From the NCBI RefSeq assembly GCF_963676685.1, contig NC_092346.1:58900001-58964000 (forward strand): a DNA stretch of 64,000 nucleotides. The letters are read 5' to 3'. Below are positions 23,944 to 37,700 of this stretch, in pieces. Origin of the DNA: Mytilus edulis. Its lineage: Eukaryota. The position numbers and the translations under genes are program-made. The notes beneath the pieces were generated by a model. It saw nothing but the letters and a program-made list of their open reading frames with translations. It did no database searches and was not told the DNA's origin. Numbering within the stretch: the first letter of the stretch is position 1; each line of letters starts with the position of its first letter.

Positions 23944-24445
23944 GTATTTAACTGGTGATATGCGATTACTCACTGGGGTAAAGCTGATGACCGTATCTGC
24001 ATTCACGGTCATCCCAAGATGTTGGATGAAAAATTAGGTCAGTTTCTGTATTGTCTGTTAAAGTGTTTCTATATCATTTTCTTTACAAATCATACATTGA
24101 AACGATGTAAATTTATAAAAGAATCACTCGGAAATCACTACTTACTTCTGAGAAATGTGCATGAAACGGGAAAGTCGATTTGAAAAAATCGCCAAGATGA
24201 CCGTAAATCACAATCGAGATGACCGTAACAGAATCAGCGATTCATAACAAGGCTGACCGTAACAGAATCAGCGATTCATAACAAGGCTGACCGTAACAGA
24301 ATCAGCGATTCATAACAAGGCTGACCGTAACAGAATCAGCGATTCATAACAAGGCTGACCGTAACTGCTTTTAAGATGACCGTAATTTGTAAATGATGAC
24401 CGTAACTTTTAAAGGATGACCCTCAATTCTAAGAAATATCGGGAA

Positions 24446-24988
24446 TTATTGAACTTGACCTCTAATTTGCCATCAGTAACAACATATAAAAATTTCAAAA
24501 GCTTTGGTAAAATGGTTCATGAGAAAATGCACGGACACGACTGGAAACACCATTTTTCAATCTTTCAAGAACCATAACTCCTGAACGGTTGAAGTAAAAA
24601 TCGTCATTATTGAACTTGACCTCTAATTTGCCATCAGTAACAACATATAAAAATTTCAAAAGCTTTGGTTGAATGGTTCATGAGAAAATGCACGGACACG
24701 ACTGGAAACACCATTTTTTCAATATTTCAAGAACCATAACTCCTGAACGGTAAAAGTCAAAATCGTCATTATTGAACTTGACCTCCATTTTGTCATCAGT
24801 AACAACATATTAAAATTTGGGAAGCTTAGGTAGAACATTTCATGCGTAAAATTTTAAAAGCTTTGGTTGAACGGTTCATGAGTTAATGCACGGACAACAT
24901 TTGATTGCCGCCCGCCCGCCCGACCGACCGCCCGCCGTACATCCCCAAATCAATAACCGACATTTTTGTCACAAAAATCCGGTTAAAA
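24446..24988. mobile_element. Helentron/pearl-like non-autonomous element fragment with internal ~160-bp tandem repeats
   Basis: ATTATTGAACTTGACCTC unit x3, (GCCC)n/(CCGA)n microsatellite, terminal hairpin AACCGACATTTTTGTCACAAAAATCCGGTT followed by an A-run. Confidence 0.65.
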
Positions 24989-24991
24989 AGA

Positions 24992-25568
24992 AGGTAAGGA
25001 CCGATTTTGGCATCAAATTTCAGGTTCATCTGACGAAAGATTTTGACCACTTTTTAAACACTTAAGTGTCTATTTTATTTGAATTAATTAGTTTATGTGA
25101 AAGATTTTAACCGATTTAGTCATTAAAAACGATCCGATTCAAGCTCAAATATGACAAATCTACATGTACCTAATATGACGAAAAATGTCACTTTTCAGAT
25201 GGTTTTTGGTAAAAATGAAAGTGGCCGCATCCGTGTCCATCCTCAACCTTTATATATATGTTATGTATTATCATAAAATACAACTTGCATTTCAATATTA
25301 AGGATGAACACGAATGCGGCCACTTTCGTTTTACACGAAAACCGTATAAAATTTAACTAAAATGCTAGAATTATGAGGATTTCAGTAATTTAGCATGTTT
25401 TAATGGTGCTAGTACCGGATATATGTGCATTGTATTGTCAAAAACAGCCCATATTTATGTAGCAGAAGCATTCTACTGTCCAATAAATAACTAAAGGTTT
25501 ACATTTTAACAATTTTGTAAAACTGCTATATTTTGGGGCCAAAAAGGGGTCTTACTGAACCTACTCCT
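24992..25568. mobile_element. Kolobok-like MITE (left-truncated copy)
   Basis: Highly similar to 36756-37336. Confidence 0.75.
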
Positions 25569-26231
25569 TTATGAAACATATTTATATCCGCTAACCGAGC
25601 CCTTATTGAGTTCGACAAACTCAACAAAAAAGCTTTGAATACAACACGGATATTTCTTAGAATTGATGGTCATCCTATAAAAGTTACGGTCGTCCTATAT
25701 AAATTACAGTCAGTCTTTACAAATTACGGTCATCCTTTACAAGTTACGGTCATCTTTTTACCAATCACAGTCATCCTTGTTTTATGTTACGGTCATCTTG
25801 AAAATATTTTGATTATGATTTACGGTCATCTTAACGATTTTTTCAAATCGAATTTCCCGTTTCATGCACATTTCTCGGAAGTAATTAATGATTTTCGAGT
25901 GATTCTTTTATAAATTTACATCGTTTTAATGTATGATTTGTAAAGAAAATGATATAGAAACACTTTAACAGACAATACAGAATCTGACCTAATTTTTCAT
26001 CCGACATCTTGGGATGACCGTGAATGCAGTTACGGTCATCAGCTTTACCCCAGTAATTACTGTCGGATTTCAAATTAATTGATGTTTCGATGCCGCACCA
26101 TTTACATGTAAATCATCAATTAAACATTTTCCTTTTTCGTACACAAGTTGGGTTTTACCCCAAATCATCAAAGTATAAAAGAAATAGGTCCACACATAAT
26201 TTTTTTCAGGTCATATATATATATATATATA

Positions 26232-28212
26232 CTAGAACACACCCGTGATATCGCGGGTCCGTGACTGAATTAAAGTATACCTATGCGCAAGCCTTATTTT
26301 AGTATTAGTATTGTCATCTGATAAAGTCATGCCGATTATAAGATACACATTTTTCTCTGCTTTCAAATCTTTCTGTTTGAACCCGTCGAACTGGAACTTA
26401 TCAATTATTGGTAATATTAATTATTTGGAAAACAAAAGGTCCTGAAATGGAGTATTGTCCTATATTAGTTATGAATAAAGTTGAATTCTTTGATTCGCTG
26501 TTTTACGTCACGCCCGCTAACAAATTGAAAACTGTACCTATACGCCTTATTTTTAGTCACAGATTTTTAGTATTCGTCTTGTTATCTTAGAAAGTCTTAC
26601 TGATCAAAATACTACAATAGGTAGCAATTTGACAATTTAGTAGTGTCAACCCTGCGATTATGACCCGTGTATTTAGCATATTAATCCTGAATACACCGTT
26701 TGGTGGTGCGCCTGTCAGATGCGGAACGTACAGATAAGGTAATCGGTAACAGGTGAATATACTATTGGTATCGGTATCGGACTGGACCCGGAACTTCTTA
26801 ATTATTGGCAATATCAATTACGTGGAAAACAAAAGGGCCTAGATACGGGGCGCCGAATGGGACTCTTGTGGTTTTGTACAAAATTCAATTCTGTCATAAC
26901 AAAATCATTTTTGTCTTACAAAACTATGTGCTACAGACTTGTTTTGTGAGAACTTCAATTTTGTGATGACAAAATTCATTTGTGTAGACAAAATTCATTT
27001 TTGTCATGACAAAATTCATTTTTGTAGACAAAATTCATATTTGTCATGACAAAAGTCAATTTTGTCTAAAAGGTATGCAAATATAAACATATTTGCATAC
27101 AAAATTGACTTTTGTTACCTGATATGGAAATTAAATCACAAAAGTCAATTGTGTGAGGTAAGATTCAATTTTGTGAGACAAAATTGACTTTTGTGAGACA
27201 AAATTGACTTTTGTGAGACAAAATTCAATTTTGTGAGACAAAATTCAATTTTGTCAATTTTGTTGAGACAAAAGTCAATTTTGTTAATTTTGTTGAGACA
27301 AAAGTCAATTCTGTCAATTTTGTTGAGACAAAAATCAATTTTGTTGAGACAAAAGTCAATTTTGTTAATTTTGTTGAGACTAAAGTCAATTTTGTTAATT
27401 TTGTTGAGACAAAAGTCAATTTTGTTAATTTTGTTGAGACAAAAGTCAATTTGTCAATTTTGTTGAGACAAAAGTCAATTTTGTGACGACAAAATTCATT
27501 TTTGTGACGACAAAATTCAATTTTGTAACAACAAAATTGACTTTTATGTGACAAAATTGACTTTCGTGAGACAAAAATCAATTTTGTTGAGACAAAATTC
27601 AATTTTGTCAATTTTGTTGAGACAAAAGTCAATTTTGTCAATTTTGTTGAGACAAAAGTCAATTTTGTCAATCTTGTTGAGACAAAAGTCAATTTTGTCA
27701 ATTTTGTTGAGACAAAAGTCAATTTTGTCAATTTTGTTGAGACAAAATTCATTTTTGTCAATTTTGTGTAACAAAAGTCGATTTTGTATGCAAATTAGTT
27801 CACAGAAACCAAACTAAACTAATTTGAATACAAAATTGACTTTTGTCGCCCAATTTTCAAATTAGGTAACAAAATTCAAGTCTGTGTAACAAAAATGAAT
27901 TTTGTCATGACAAAAGTGACTTTTGTCCGCTGATAGATAATTTTGTATGACAAAATTTTAAATTTGTAGTATGATACAAATTTTGTTAAACTGAACTTAT
28001 TTTTGTTGAACAAAAGTCACTTTTGTCCGTACAAAATTGAATTTTGAGTACAAAACCACAAGAGTCCCATTCGGCGCCCCGTACTAGAGTGGTGTAATTT
28101 TTAATCTACACCTTTGTACTATATTAGTTATATATAAAGTTGAATTCTTTGATTCGTCGTTTTTATGTGATGACGGCTGACAAATTGGACCTCGTAATTT
28201 TAGTATTATAGA
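26232..28212 (-). mobile_element. Non-autonomous Helitron
   Basis: Minus strand: 5' TCTATAATACTAAA..., 3' hairpin CCCGCGATATCACGGG then TGTGTTCTAG. Inserted between A and T, no TSD. Interrupted by 26844-28083. Confidence 0.8.
26844..28083. mobile_element. Foldback DNA transposon with minisatellite interior, 5-bp TSD
   Basis: TIR TACGGGGCGCCGAATGGGACTCTTGTGGTTTTGTAC. TSD CTAGA at 26839-26843 and 28084-28088. Interior of GACAAAA(G/A)TCAATTTTGT units (21/30-bp periods). Confidence 0.9.
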
Positions 28213-28229
28213 TACATGTATATATATTG

Positions 28230-28460
28230 AAACCGCTGCAATTCTCATCGACTTGTTCCTTTGTTCATGTCAATCAGGGCTGTTAACGAAGAGTGAAAAT
28301 CATAGCACCACTCTCTAACTTTAAGTACCGCTATAAAGATGATATCGTGTTTATACCATTTAACTTGACAAAAAAAGCTCCACAGATACAGGATCATACA
28401 CTTAAGTCTGATTCATATTTCGACTGTTTAAATATGTTTGTTTATATTTTAGACTTTAAA
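28230..28460 (+). pseudogene. Highly degenerate Penelope-like RT fragment
   Basis: Remnants resembling LIDLFL, RYKDD and IQD...SDSYFD, in the same order as in the RT at 40190-41200. Confidence 0.4.
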
Positions 28461-28866
28461 AGAAGTTTTTGCTGAACGAAATATTGGAGACTCCCCTAAT
28501 ATAGACTGTCCAGAGCAGCTGACTAGGGAGATAGGTAGAAGATTAAGACTTTGTTTAATTGGTCCAAGAACATTCAAACCCATACCATGTGCCATCGATA
28601 TAACAATTGATAACCTCAAGTCTAAAGTTACCGAATCAAGAACCACAAACATATATCAAGAATCAAGTTCAGATGTGTGCGTGTAATAACTGCAATGTAC
28701 CATCGTTTGGACAAGTGGAGCTTAAGATTTGCACTTCCTCAAACTGGTTGACCTATATTCTGTTTAAACTTCAATAAAACATTTGACGAATTTTTCCATT
28801 CTCGATTTTTTTTATTCATTATATAGTTTTATTTCGTATTTGTTGTACCTGCAATTCTGCTAGAAG

Positions 28867-28903
<37 letters not shown>

Positions 28904-29341
28904 TATTGAAACAGTAATATTGATAAAAAGAAACCTGGTGTATACGCCAATGGAAGATATATAAACATATCAACACACCACATTTACAGATATACCAACA
29001 AAATTAAACACAGTCTTGAAAAATTGACCAGCATTTGTCTTAATAAGTTGTGAATAAAGAGGTTTTAACAACATTTAGCATTCAATATTGGTACTAAAAT
29101 TGATTTTGTGTTTGTTAAATTAAAACAAAACTAAATATATGAGTTGCTACATATATATATAGACCATCATGAAAGCTTATGACCATGCTTCCTGTTGACA
29201 TTCTGATGGTATTGGTGTTTTCCTTGTTGAAGGCCTTATTGTTACATATAATCAGAAGGCAGTAAGTCTATATATAAAAATTTATATATTTGTTTTGTTT
29301 TTATGACTTGTAAGCGACCATATGATGATTAAGTCCGCCCT

Positions 29342-32300
29342 TTATCCAATGATCTGCTGTCCTGTAGCCGCCCTGAAAAAGATATAAATATTGATTTTGT
29401 TATCAGTAAATTAAAAGCAAACTAAATATTACTAGTAGGTTATACATATACACATTCATGGATCTACAATCTGTCGATACCTGTAACTTGGCATTGCACA
29501 AGGTCATGTTTTTCTTTGGCTGTTTATGACGTCTTTACACTAAACCCATTGGATGTTGGATGTGTACGGATTGATAGTTTAGTCTTAGATGCATGATTTG
29601 TTTTATTAGTTGTTAGTGGCTTTGAACTAGCAGTCAGATAACTACGAGTACTCTCAGATCTGTTCCTAGTGTCTTTTTTTGTCGGGATGTACAAGTACCC
29701 GGCCACGTCCTCTTGTATTTGTGTCCATCTGATGAGTTAAGCCTTTTACAACTGATTTTTATAGTTCGTTCTTATGTTGTACTGTTATACCAGTGTCCCA
29801 GGTTAGGGGGAAGGTTGGGATCCCGCTAACATGTTTAACCCCGCCACATTATTTAAGTATGTGCCTGTCCCAAGTCAGGAGCCTGTAATTCAGTGGTTGT
29901 CGTTTGTTTATGTGTTACATATTTGTTTTTCGTTCATTTTTTTTTATATAAATAAGGCCGTTAGTTTTCTCGTTTGAATTGTTTTACATTGTCTTATCGG
30001 GGCCTTTTATAGCTGACTATGCAGTATGAGCTTTGCTCATTGTTGAAGGCCGTACGGTGACCTATAGTTGTTAATGTCTGTGTCATTTTGGTCTCTTGTG
30101 GACAGTTATCTCATTGGCAATCATACCACATCTTCTTTTTTATATAAAAAAATAAATTAAGTAGGTCCAGTTTTCGTTTGTTGATGTGGTTCATAAGTGT
30201 TTCGGTTTCCCGTTTTTTTTTATAATAGATTAGACAGTTTCTTTTCCTGTTTTAATGGTTTTACAATTGTCCTTTAAGAACCCCCAAATTCACCAGTGTA
30301 AAACCATTCAAACAAGAAAAGCAACTGCGGCTTTATAGCTTGTTGTTTGGTGTGAGCGTACGTCCGTGTGGAAGGACGTACTTTGACCTAATTTGGTTTA
30401 TTTTTATAAATTGTGACTTGGATGGATACTGTGTCATTGGCACTCATACCACATCTTCTTATATCTATCTTTAACCTACTTCACGATGACATGAAGATGA
30501 CATGATATTTTAAAGATAACTTTTAATCAAATCTCTAAAGTTAAAAAAAAATCGAACACATGAATTCCAAAACTTACGGTTTTTCGCAAAGGAAATTTGC
30601 CTGGCGATCACACCGTTCGTCATTCCAGTTATAATTTTCGTGGTGAAGGAGATCCATACAATCTTCTCCGAGGTTTCCACTCGAGTTTGGCTCTCCTGGC
30701 CACCAATGAGTGAATTCCTGTTGGTTGATGGACACTCCAGTTTTTACCCACTGCCATTCTCCTTCTACTAAAGAATCTGTACCTCCTATCCACACACCAT
30801 CGGACATACCTTTATATATTCATAATAAACGTAAGTGACATTTTTCCCCCAAATTTCGATCACAACTAGTGATTTTCACTAGATTATGGAACTGAACTTT
30901 TTTATAAAGCTAGAACAAAATAACAGATTTTTTTCTCGAAATGACATTTAATCGATTTTGTTGATAGGGTTATCATACAAGTGAAAGGATATATATGACG
31001 GAAATGAGTTGATTCTTTCCCTTCAAATAATACAGGATCACATTCATTACCATGACAAACTTACAAAACACGAAGTGTATAGGAATTTTTCTTCCCATTT
31101 CCACCTTGAATATTGAGCAACGTACAGTGTACGGACTTTTATTGGTAGCAACGAATTGTTACAACAAATACAAATCATCGCACTGTACGTCGAATGTTTG
31201 GACGTCAAACATACTTGCTAAAGTTTTGTTAAGTTTGGTAAACCACAGAATACAGGGCTCACGTGTACCCTGCCCGCAACATATCTCTTAAACGGTAAAT
31301 GTCCGCTGTCAATACGTTCAGGTATTTCACATCCAAAATTTTATGGAAATATTCTTTATAAAGCACAAAAATGTCAGTATTCTCCTCAGAAACTAACAAA
31401 ACCTTTAAATAGACTTATTAAAAGGGGATATAGTTACGATACTGTTGTCAGGTCATTAAAAATTGCATATTTTGGCTTTAACATTGATTCACTGATAGGG
31501 TCTTTGCATCGGAACTAAACACATTTATTTCTAAAAAACAGTTGTTGGCATGACACGGGTTATGTTCTTCTCATATATTTTATGATAGTATGATACTAAA
31601 CCCCTAACGGGAGGGATTGTACCTGATATTCATATGATGAAGACATAATCTTTCAATCAGTTGAATTGAGGTCTGGAGCTGGCTTGTCAGTTAACTGCTA
31701 GTAGTCTGTTGTTATTTATGTATTATTGTCATTTTATTTATTTTCTTTTGTTACATCTTTTGACATCAGACTCGGACTTCTCTTGAACTGAATTTTAATG
31801 TGCGTATTGTTATTCTTTTACTTTTCTACATTGGCTAGAGGTATAGGGGGAGGGTTGAGATCTCATAAACATGTTTAACCCCGCCGCAATTTTGCGCCTG
31901 TCCCAAGTCAGGAGCCTCTGGCCTTTGTTAGTCTTGTATGATTTTAAATTTTAGTTTCTTGTGTATAATTCGGAGTTTAGTATGACGTCCATTATCACTG
32001 TACTATTATGCATATTTTAGGGGCCAGCTGAAGGACACCTACGGGTGCGGGAATCCTCGCTACATTGAAGACCCATTGGTTGCCTTCGGCTGTTGTTTGC
32101 TCTATGGTCGGGTGGTTGTCGCTTTGACATATTCACCATTTCCTTTCTCAATTTTATTGATCTTTTGATTAAGGTTCAGTGTGCTTCAATTTGTTTTAAA
32201 TTCATAACATTGATTTTTTAGGGGAAACTTTGTTTAATTCTTGATCCTGATTCAGCCAAATTGTTCATTTTTGTCCCCAAAAAGTAATTTCGATAGTACT

Positions 32301-34508
32301 GTACTATAAAAATAAACTTGCGTCGAATGAGTGAAAATAAGAATCTCAACCCATTGCTAGAGAAACGCAAGTACGGGAAAATGTTTCAAAATATCAAATA
32401 TAATTTCAGTTTTATCGTGATTAAAGCTATAATGATTAATGATTGTTGGTTGCTATTACATGTATATACTTTTTCTTAAATATTTGATGTCGAACATGCT
32501 AGATGTTCAAAATGTACAAATGAATACCCTATAAGAAGAAGATTGATATTCGGAGAGCTTTACCTGACTTGAATTCCCTTCTAAGAAAACCTTCTACAAA
32601 GTTCTGTTCTCTTGCTGTTTCAATTATTGCCAAATCGGAACCAAACACTTGGCAATACATCTGTGATAAAACAACAGATTTATATACACACATATATAAT
32701 CATTAACACATCTGATTTAATCTAATGTTATCACGGAAATAGTAATTAAAGCATAAGGGAGCTACAATTTGATTTTTATGGGGGCTTGGATGAAATTTGG
32801 AAAAAAGGCAGGACATGCAGGAGTTATGAGTAAAAAATGGGAGATGAACAACTTTGCGGAAAAAAGGCAGGATGACAGTGTATGTAAAAAATGTCAGGAT
32901 AAACTAATAAAAAAATGCAGGAGCGAATAAAATAAAAATAAAAAGACAGGAGAAGATTACATTAAAAAAAATGCAGAACAACATTTTTCGTCCTAGCTCT
33001 CTCTATTAAAAACCAAATGGAAGATCCCTAAACAGAAGAAGAACCGTTACCATACAACAGTAAATATTAATGTCAAAATGTCCGGCTTGAGATTTTTGTT
33101 TTTCGGTTACTGTCGTGCACGATATTTTCAGAAATAAAAAAATGAACTTTGAAATAATACTAAGGAAAAGGTTAATGTATTTTAGAACTATAAACCATTA
33201 ATACATGTTAAATAAATATAACGGTACTAATAAAGATAGGATGAGGATAACTTTTTAAAATTTGTCTGGCATTCATGACTGAAACAAATATAGAGAACAC
33301 TAAACCGACCTCTTTTACAATTGGTCACTAACTTGACAACTTATTCCCAAACAATTTAAAGGAATCGAAAATAAAATGTATACAGCAGTTCATATGAATA
33401 TTTAGTATTGGTTACATAATAATAAATTAGCATATATATATATTATGTATCTTAAAACTTGCAAATGCCTCGGCCCATGACGCTTTGGTGGAAGCATACA
33501 ATTTATAGCAGGAATCGTCATGCCTCATATAACCATTAGGACAATCGCAAACAGCTAAAACATAAAAAAACAAAAAAACCGCTAATATGGATGTTTTGAT
33601 AATTACGTACATTTTGTAATTAAATTAGATTAATTTATTTTTGTTTTCTTGGAAAATTAATTCATCATATTATGAGTTATATATATGCTGTATTTGTTCT
33701 TTCAAGAACACATCTTTGGGGTAATTGAACCAATTGTAAAATATAGCTGGCAATCAATGCTTTGAATTTACATGTTTGCCAAGTTACATTTGGAAAATAT
33801 ATTATTGAAAGAGTTAACTTAAGCCTCGGTCACACCTTACCGGATAGCACGAACGGATGAAAATAAAAGTTGTCCGTTGACAAATTGTTATTCGTTGGCA
33901 GTCCGTAGATGTACTGACCAAATTAAACAGATGCGTAACGAATGCATAACGGACACACAACGGACATGTAACGTACGAGAAACGGAAACGTACCCGACAG
34001 AACGGATGTCGAACGTACACCCAACGGACGAGTACCTCATAAAACAGACACCTAACGGAAGCGTATTGGATAAAACGGATGAACAAGATATACAGAAAAA
34101 TTAAAGGCGACAATAATAATACATGTAAATCGCATAAATTTTCATAATGTTTCTGTGTAAGCGGTTTTGGTTTGTTCTTCAAAATGTCGCCAAAAGGGCA
34201 GCGTCTTGCCTGAATAAGAGCTGCTTGATAGTGAGGACGTGTCCTTCCTCTAAGATCGATTATGAATAATAAGAATTTATGAACCTCAAGAAATCTGACA
34301 TACCAATAATTGGCATTCCGTTCGTGCTATCCGTTAAGGTGTGACCAAGGCTTTAGAAGTAAACGATTGACAAAATGTTAACGTTAAGTTTATGACCAAA
34401 AAAAAACCCCAAGCATTCAATATTTTAAAAATCTCCAGTACAAGATAAAAGAATCTTACCATTCACAACAAACAGTCCAAGTATTGTAAGCGTGGCAATC
34501 AATGTCAT
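29342..34508 (-). CDS. Secreted perlucin-like C-type lectin (EPN/WND, mannose-type), 5 exons, 166 aa
   Basis: Exons: 34508-34460 (MTLIATLTILGLFVVN, signal-like); 33554-33463 (AVCDCPNGYMRHDDSCY..SWAEAF, GC donor); 32660-32564 (MYCQVFGSDLAIIET..EQNFV); 30809-30578 (VWIGGTD..EGEWQW..WWPGEPN..EDC..WNDERC..FLCEK); 29372-29342 (AATGQQIIG*). Sum 501 nt, phases consistent. Confidence 0.9.
29480..30470 (+). repeat. Composite interspersed repeats (CATGTTTAACCCCGCC/CCTGTCCCAAGTCAGGAGCCT family)
   Basis: Core shared with 31870-31920, 35035-35100, 54530-54560 and 6195-6460. Confidence 0.7.
31480..32160 (+). repeat. Interspersed repeat in lectin intron 3
   Basis: Contains the same CCTGTCCCAAGTCAGGAGCCT core. 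Inverted partial copy at ~34960-35140. Confidence 0.65.
32758..33028. mobile_element. PIF/Harbinger-like MITE
   Basis: TAA-GGGAGCTACAATTTG ... CAAATGGAAGATCCC-TAA, with internal AAAAAGGCAGGA repeats. Confidence 0.6.
33822..34352. mobile_element. PIF/Harbinger-like MITE
   Basis: TIR AGCCTCGGTCACACCTTA..GGATAGCACGAACGGA and its inverse; TTA TSD. Confidence 0.85.
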
Positions 34509-34748
34509 GTTCAGTTCAATAATGTGGAAATAAAGTAGAATATACATTAGATAACCTGTGACCTTGGACACAGAAACACCGATCTTAAAAGTAAACTGTT
34601 CATGTACTTTGACTAGGGATCGTAACGGACAAAAATAACTGCGTTCTCAAATACGTTACTAGACGTTTAGAGGATATTTTGAGAGATTTGTCCGTATTCA
34701 GTATAAATCTTCGAACGACAAAAATTGTGATAGCCTGGATCCATAGAA
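34509..34748. promoter_or_regulatory. Putative bidirectional promoter and 5' UTRs between divergent lectin genes
   Basis: Only 240 bp between the two ATGs. TATA-like GTATAAAT at ~34701. Confidence 0.6.
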
Positions 34749-37700
34749 ATGTTGAAGAAATGTTTGTCAGTTTTTATCACTCTTGCTGTTCTCGGATCAC
34801 CATTAGGTAAGTTCAATTTCTGTACACAAAATATTCTGAATATAATTATCTAAACTATCGTTCCCTGTATGAAATTGAGTTTCAATTTATTGACATGTAA
34901 AAGGTGCATTTATAGGCACTCTTACATGTAGTTAATATGCACAATACATACCAGGCCATACGTCATACTAAACTCCAAAAATTAAACACATAAATGAGCT
35001 AAAATTTAAAAAAAAACACACAAGACTAACAAAGACAGACCAGGAGCTCCTGACTTGGGACAGGCGTAAAAATGCGGCGGAGTGAAACATGTTTTGTGAG
35101 AATTCAACCCTCGCGCTATACATTGTACCTCTGGCAAATGTAGAATAAAGGAATCAAAACTTGTTGATACATTTGTCTTAAATAAAGTATACAGAAATAA
35201 CAATAAACTACATATTTAATCAAATAATTTTCACATTCAATGACAAAATCAGACTTTACAGCTTTTCTCTATTCCACAACTTTGGTTTTACACCGTTACT
35301 TTTCAAATACAATTTTAGAGAATGGTCTGTATCATATAATCTTCTTGTTCAATTTTATTAAATCAACAGTTAATTTATTATTGATCTCTGCTTCGGAAAT
35401 TTCTTCTAAAATCAAGGATCATTATAAAGCTTTATTTCGCTGACCTAGAGTTTTTAAGGTCATTTGTCGCCGAATTTGAACTTTTTCATTTGCCTTTTTC
35501 CCTTTCTTATTATTGGTATGTCCAGAGTCATATATGTGTATATATGTCATATATGTTTCTTGTATGTCACAGTGGCAAAACTTTTTTTTTCTAATGATTT
35601 ATTTTCTCGCCATTCATCTGTTTATAGTCATAGTGGGGGTTCCTTCTAAAAACTATTGCGTCTGAAATTATCGTATACATGCTAATAATTTATTATTTAT
35701 TACGAGATATGCCTTACGGCAAAGCGACATCTTTTTGTGGGGTGTTCGTTTAGGGGAGTTATCTTTTCAAATTCTTATCTTCTGATCACCAGACGACGAG
35801 AACAATATGGGAACCAGAATAGAAAATTCATACGATTATCTCGCCTTGAAATGTCCGTAATTCTTGTACATGTAACCCTGAACGTACTCTTGACTAATGC
35901 CCTAGTTTACCGTTATGAATGCAGTAATACAAACATTGCATCATCGATAATATAAAGAGAACGCAGAAAATAGTGAAAATATTGTATAGACGGGATAAAT
36001 TCACGGTATATTAAAAGCAAAACGGACCGGAAGCAACGGACAAAAAGCAAAAGTGTCGGACAAAAAGCAACGAACAAAAAGCAAAAGCAACTTCTTTTGT
36101 TACAACTCTTCAAATTTCTCTTTGTAGTACTTTCTGAATGTCCAGGTGGTTTCGTCCATAATGGAGATTCGTGTTACTTGTTTTCAATTCTTCGAGTCTC
36201 CTGGATACAAGCCATGGTAATATATTTGATATGTACATGATCTAAAAACAAGAATCATATCATTTTTAAAGATTTGGTAATTGTTGTTTCATGACTCATT
36301 GCCAGATTCTATGTCTGGTTTATTCACTGTTTTCCTCTTGACACATCACATTTTAACACCAAATTTTCGGCAATAACGATTGATAAAAAAAACCAACAAA
36401 GAAACAACCAAATTGTTATCATTAAAGTCTTATTAATCTATTATCTCAAACACTGGATCATACTCCAAATGACAGTCGCTGTTGAAAATCTTTTTAAATT
36501 TGAAATTAACGTGAACTGCTTGATTCTTGGATTATGACGGTCCAGATGATGAGTAATTTTTTTGGAGAACCTTTTACTTACACTACAAAAACGTAATTAT
36601 AATTATGATTAATTATTTCAGAAATTTTGTGAAATTTACCAGGGAGAATTAGCAGTTATCGAGACAGAAGCAGAACAACTCTTTCTTGAAAGTTACCTTA
36701 ATTCAACGTGGAAAAATGGTAATTTAATATATATCCGCCCTTTCAAGTTTATCAAAGGAGTAGGTCCGGTAAGGACCGATTTTGGGATCAAATTTCAGGT
36801 TCATCTGACGAAAGATTTTTGACCACTTTTTAAACACTTAAGTGTCTATTTCATTTGATTCAATTAGTTTATGTGAAAGATTTTAACTGATTTAGTCATT
36901 AAAAACTATCCGATTCAAGCTCAAATATGAAAAATCTACCAAATATGCCGAAAAATGTCACTTTTCAGATGGTTTTTGTCAAAAATGAAAATGGCCGCAT
37001 CCGTGTTCATCCTCAACCTTTATATATGTTATGTATTATCATCAAATGCAACTTACATTTCAATATTAAGGATGAACACGAATGCGGCCACTTCCGTTTT
37101 ACGCGGAAACCGTCTTAAATTTAACTAAAATGCTAGAATTGTGAAGATTTCAGTAATGTAGAATGACTTAATGGTGCTACTACCCGATATATGTACATGG
37201 TATTGTCAAAAACAGCCCATATGTATGTAGCCGAAGCATTCTTCTGTCCAATACATAACTAAAAGTTTACATTTTGACAATTTTGTAAAACTGCCTTATT
37301 TGTGGGCCAAAAAGGGGTCTTACTGGACCTACTCCTTTAATAATTAATCGTAAGATTTTATATATATTTTGTGAATTTTCAATTACTTGCGATTGCATTT
37401 TTTATCTTCTTTTTTATTTATGCTCCCGATATTTCTTTCCAAATTCCAGCCTAATCGTGTCTGATGAATCCGATTCGTTTGGAAAAAGGTCATTATGCAT
37501 GATATTTGGTAAAAAATGTTGTTATTAAACATTGATTATTTTTAACTACTTGTTATATGAAACAGCAAATCAGACTAATGTTTGGATTAGTGGTACCGAC
37601 TTGCTAGTGGACGGCGAGTGGATCTGGGCTAAGGAAGGGAGGTCAATCGATTATTTTAGATGGGCTCCAGGACAACCAGACAGTGCTAGCATGAACTTGG

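Larger units (their letters stand above)
23971..26055. mobile_element. Foldback DNA transposon with ~450-bp inverted arms and 6-bp TSD
   Basis: CACTGGGGTAAAGCTGATGACCG... / ...CGGTCATCAGCTTTACCCCAGTA. ATTACT at 23965-23970 and 26056-26061. 34-bp tandem repeat (x4) at ~24221-24365. Two nested elements in the centre. Confidence 0.85.

Noticed and set aside
27225-27817. Repetitive ORFs (TKLTFVS / LLRQKSI)
   Set aside because: Translations of the minisatellite interior of a foldback transposon.
28869-28900. 32-nt poly(A) as a retrogene tail
   Set aside because: No TSD or identifiable retrocopied ORF found upstream.
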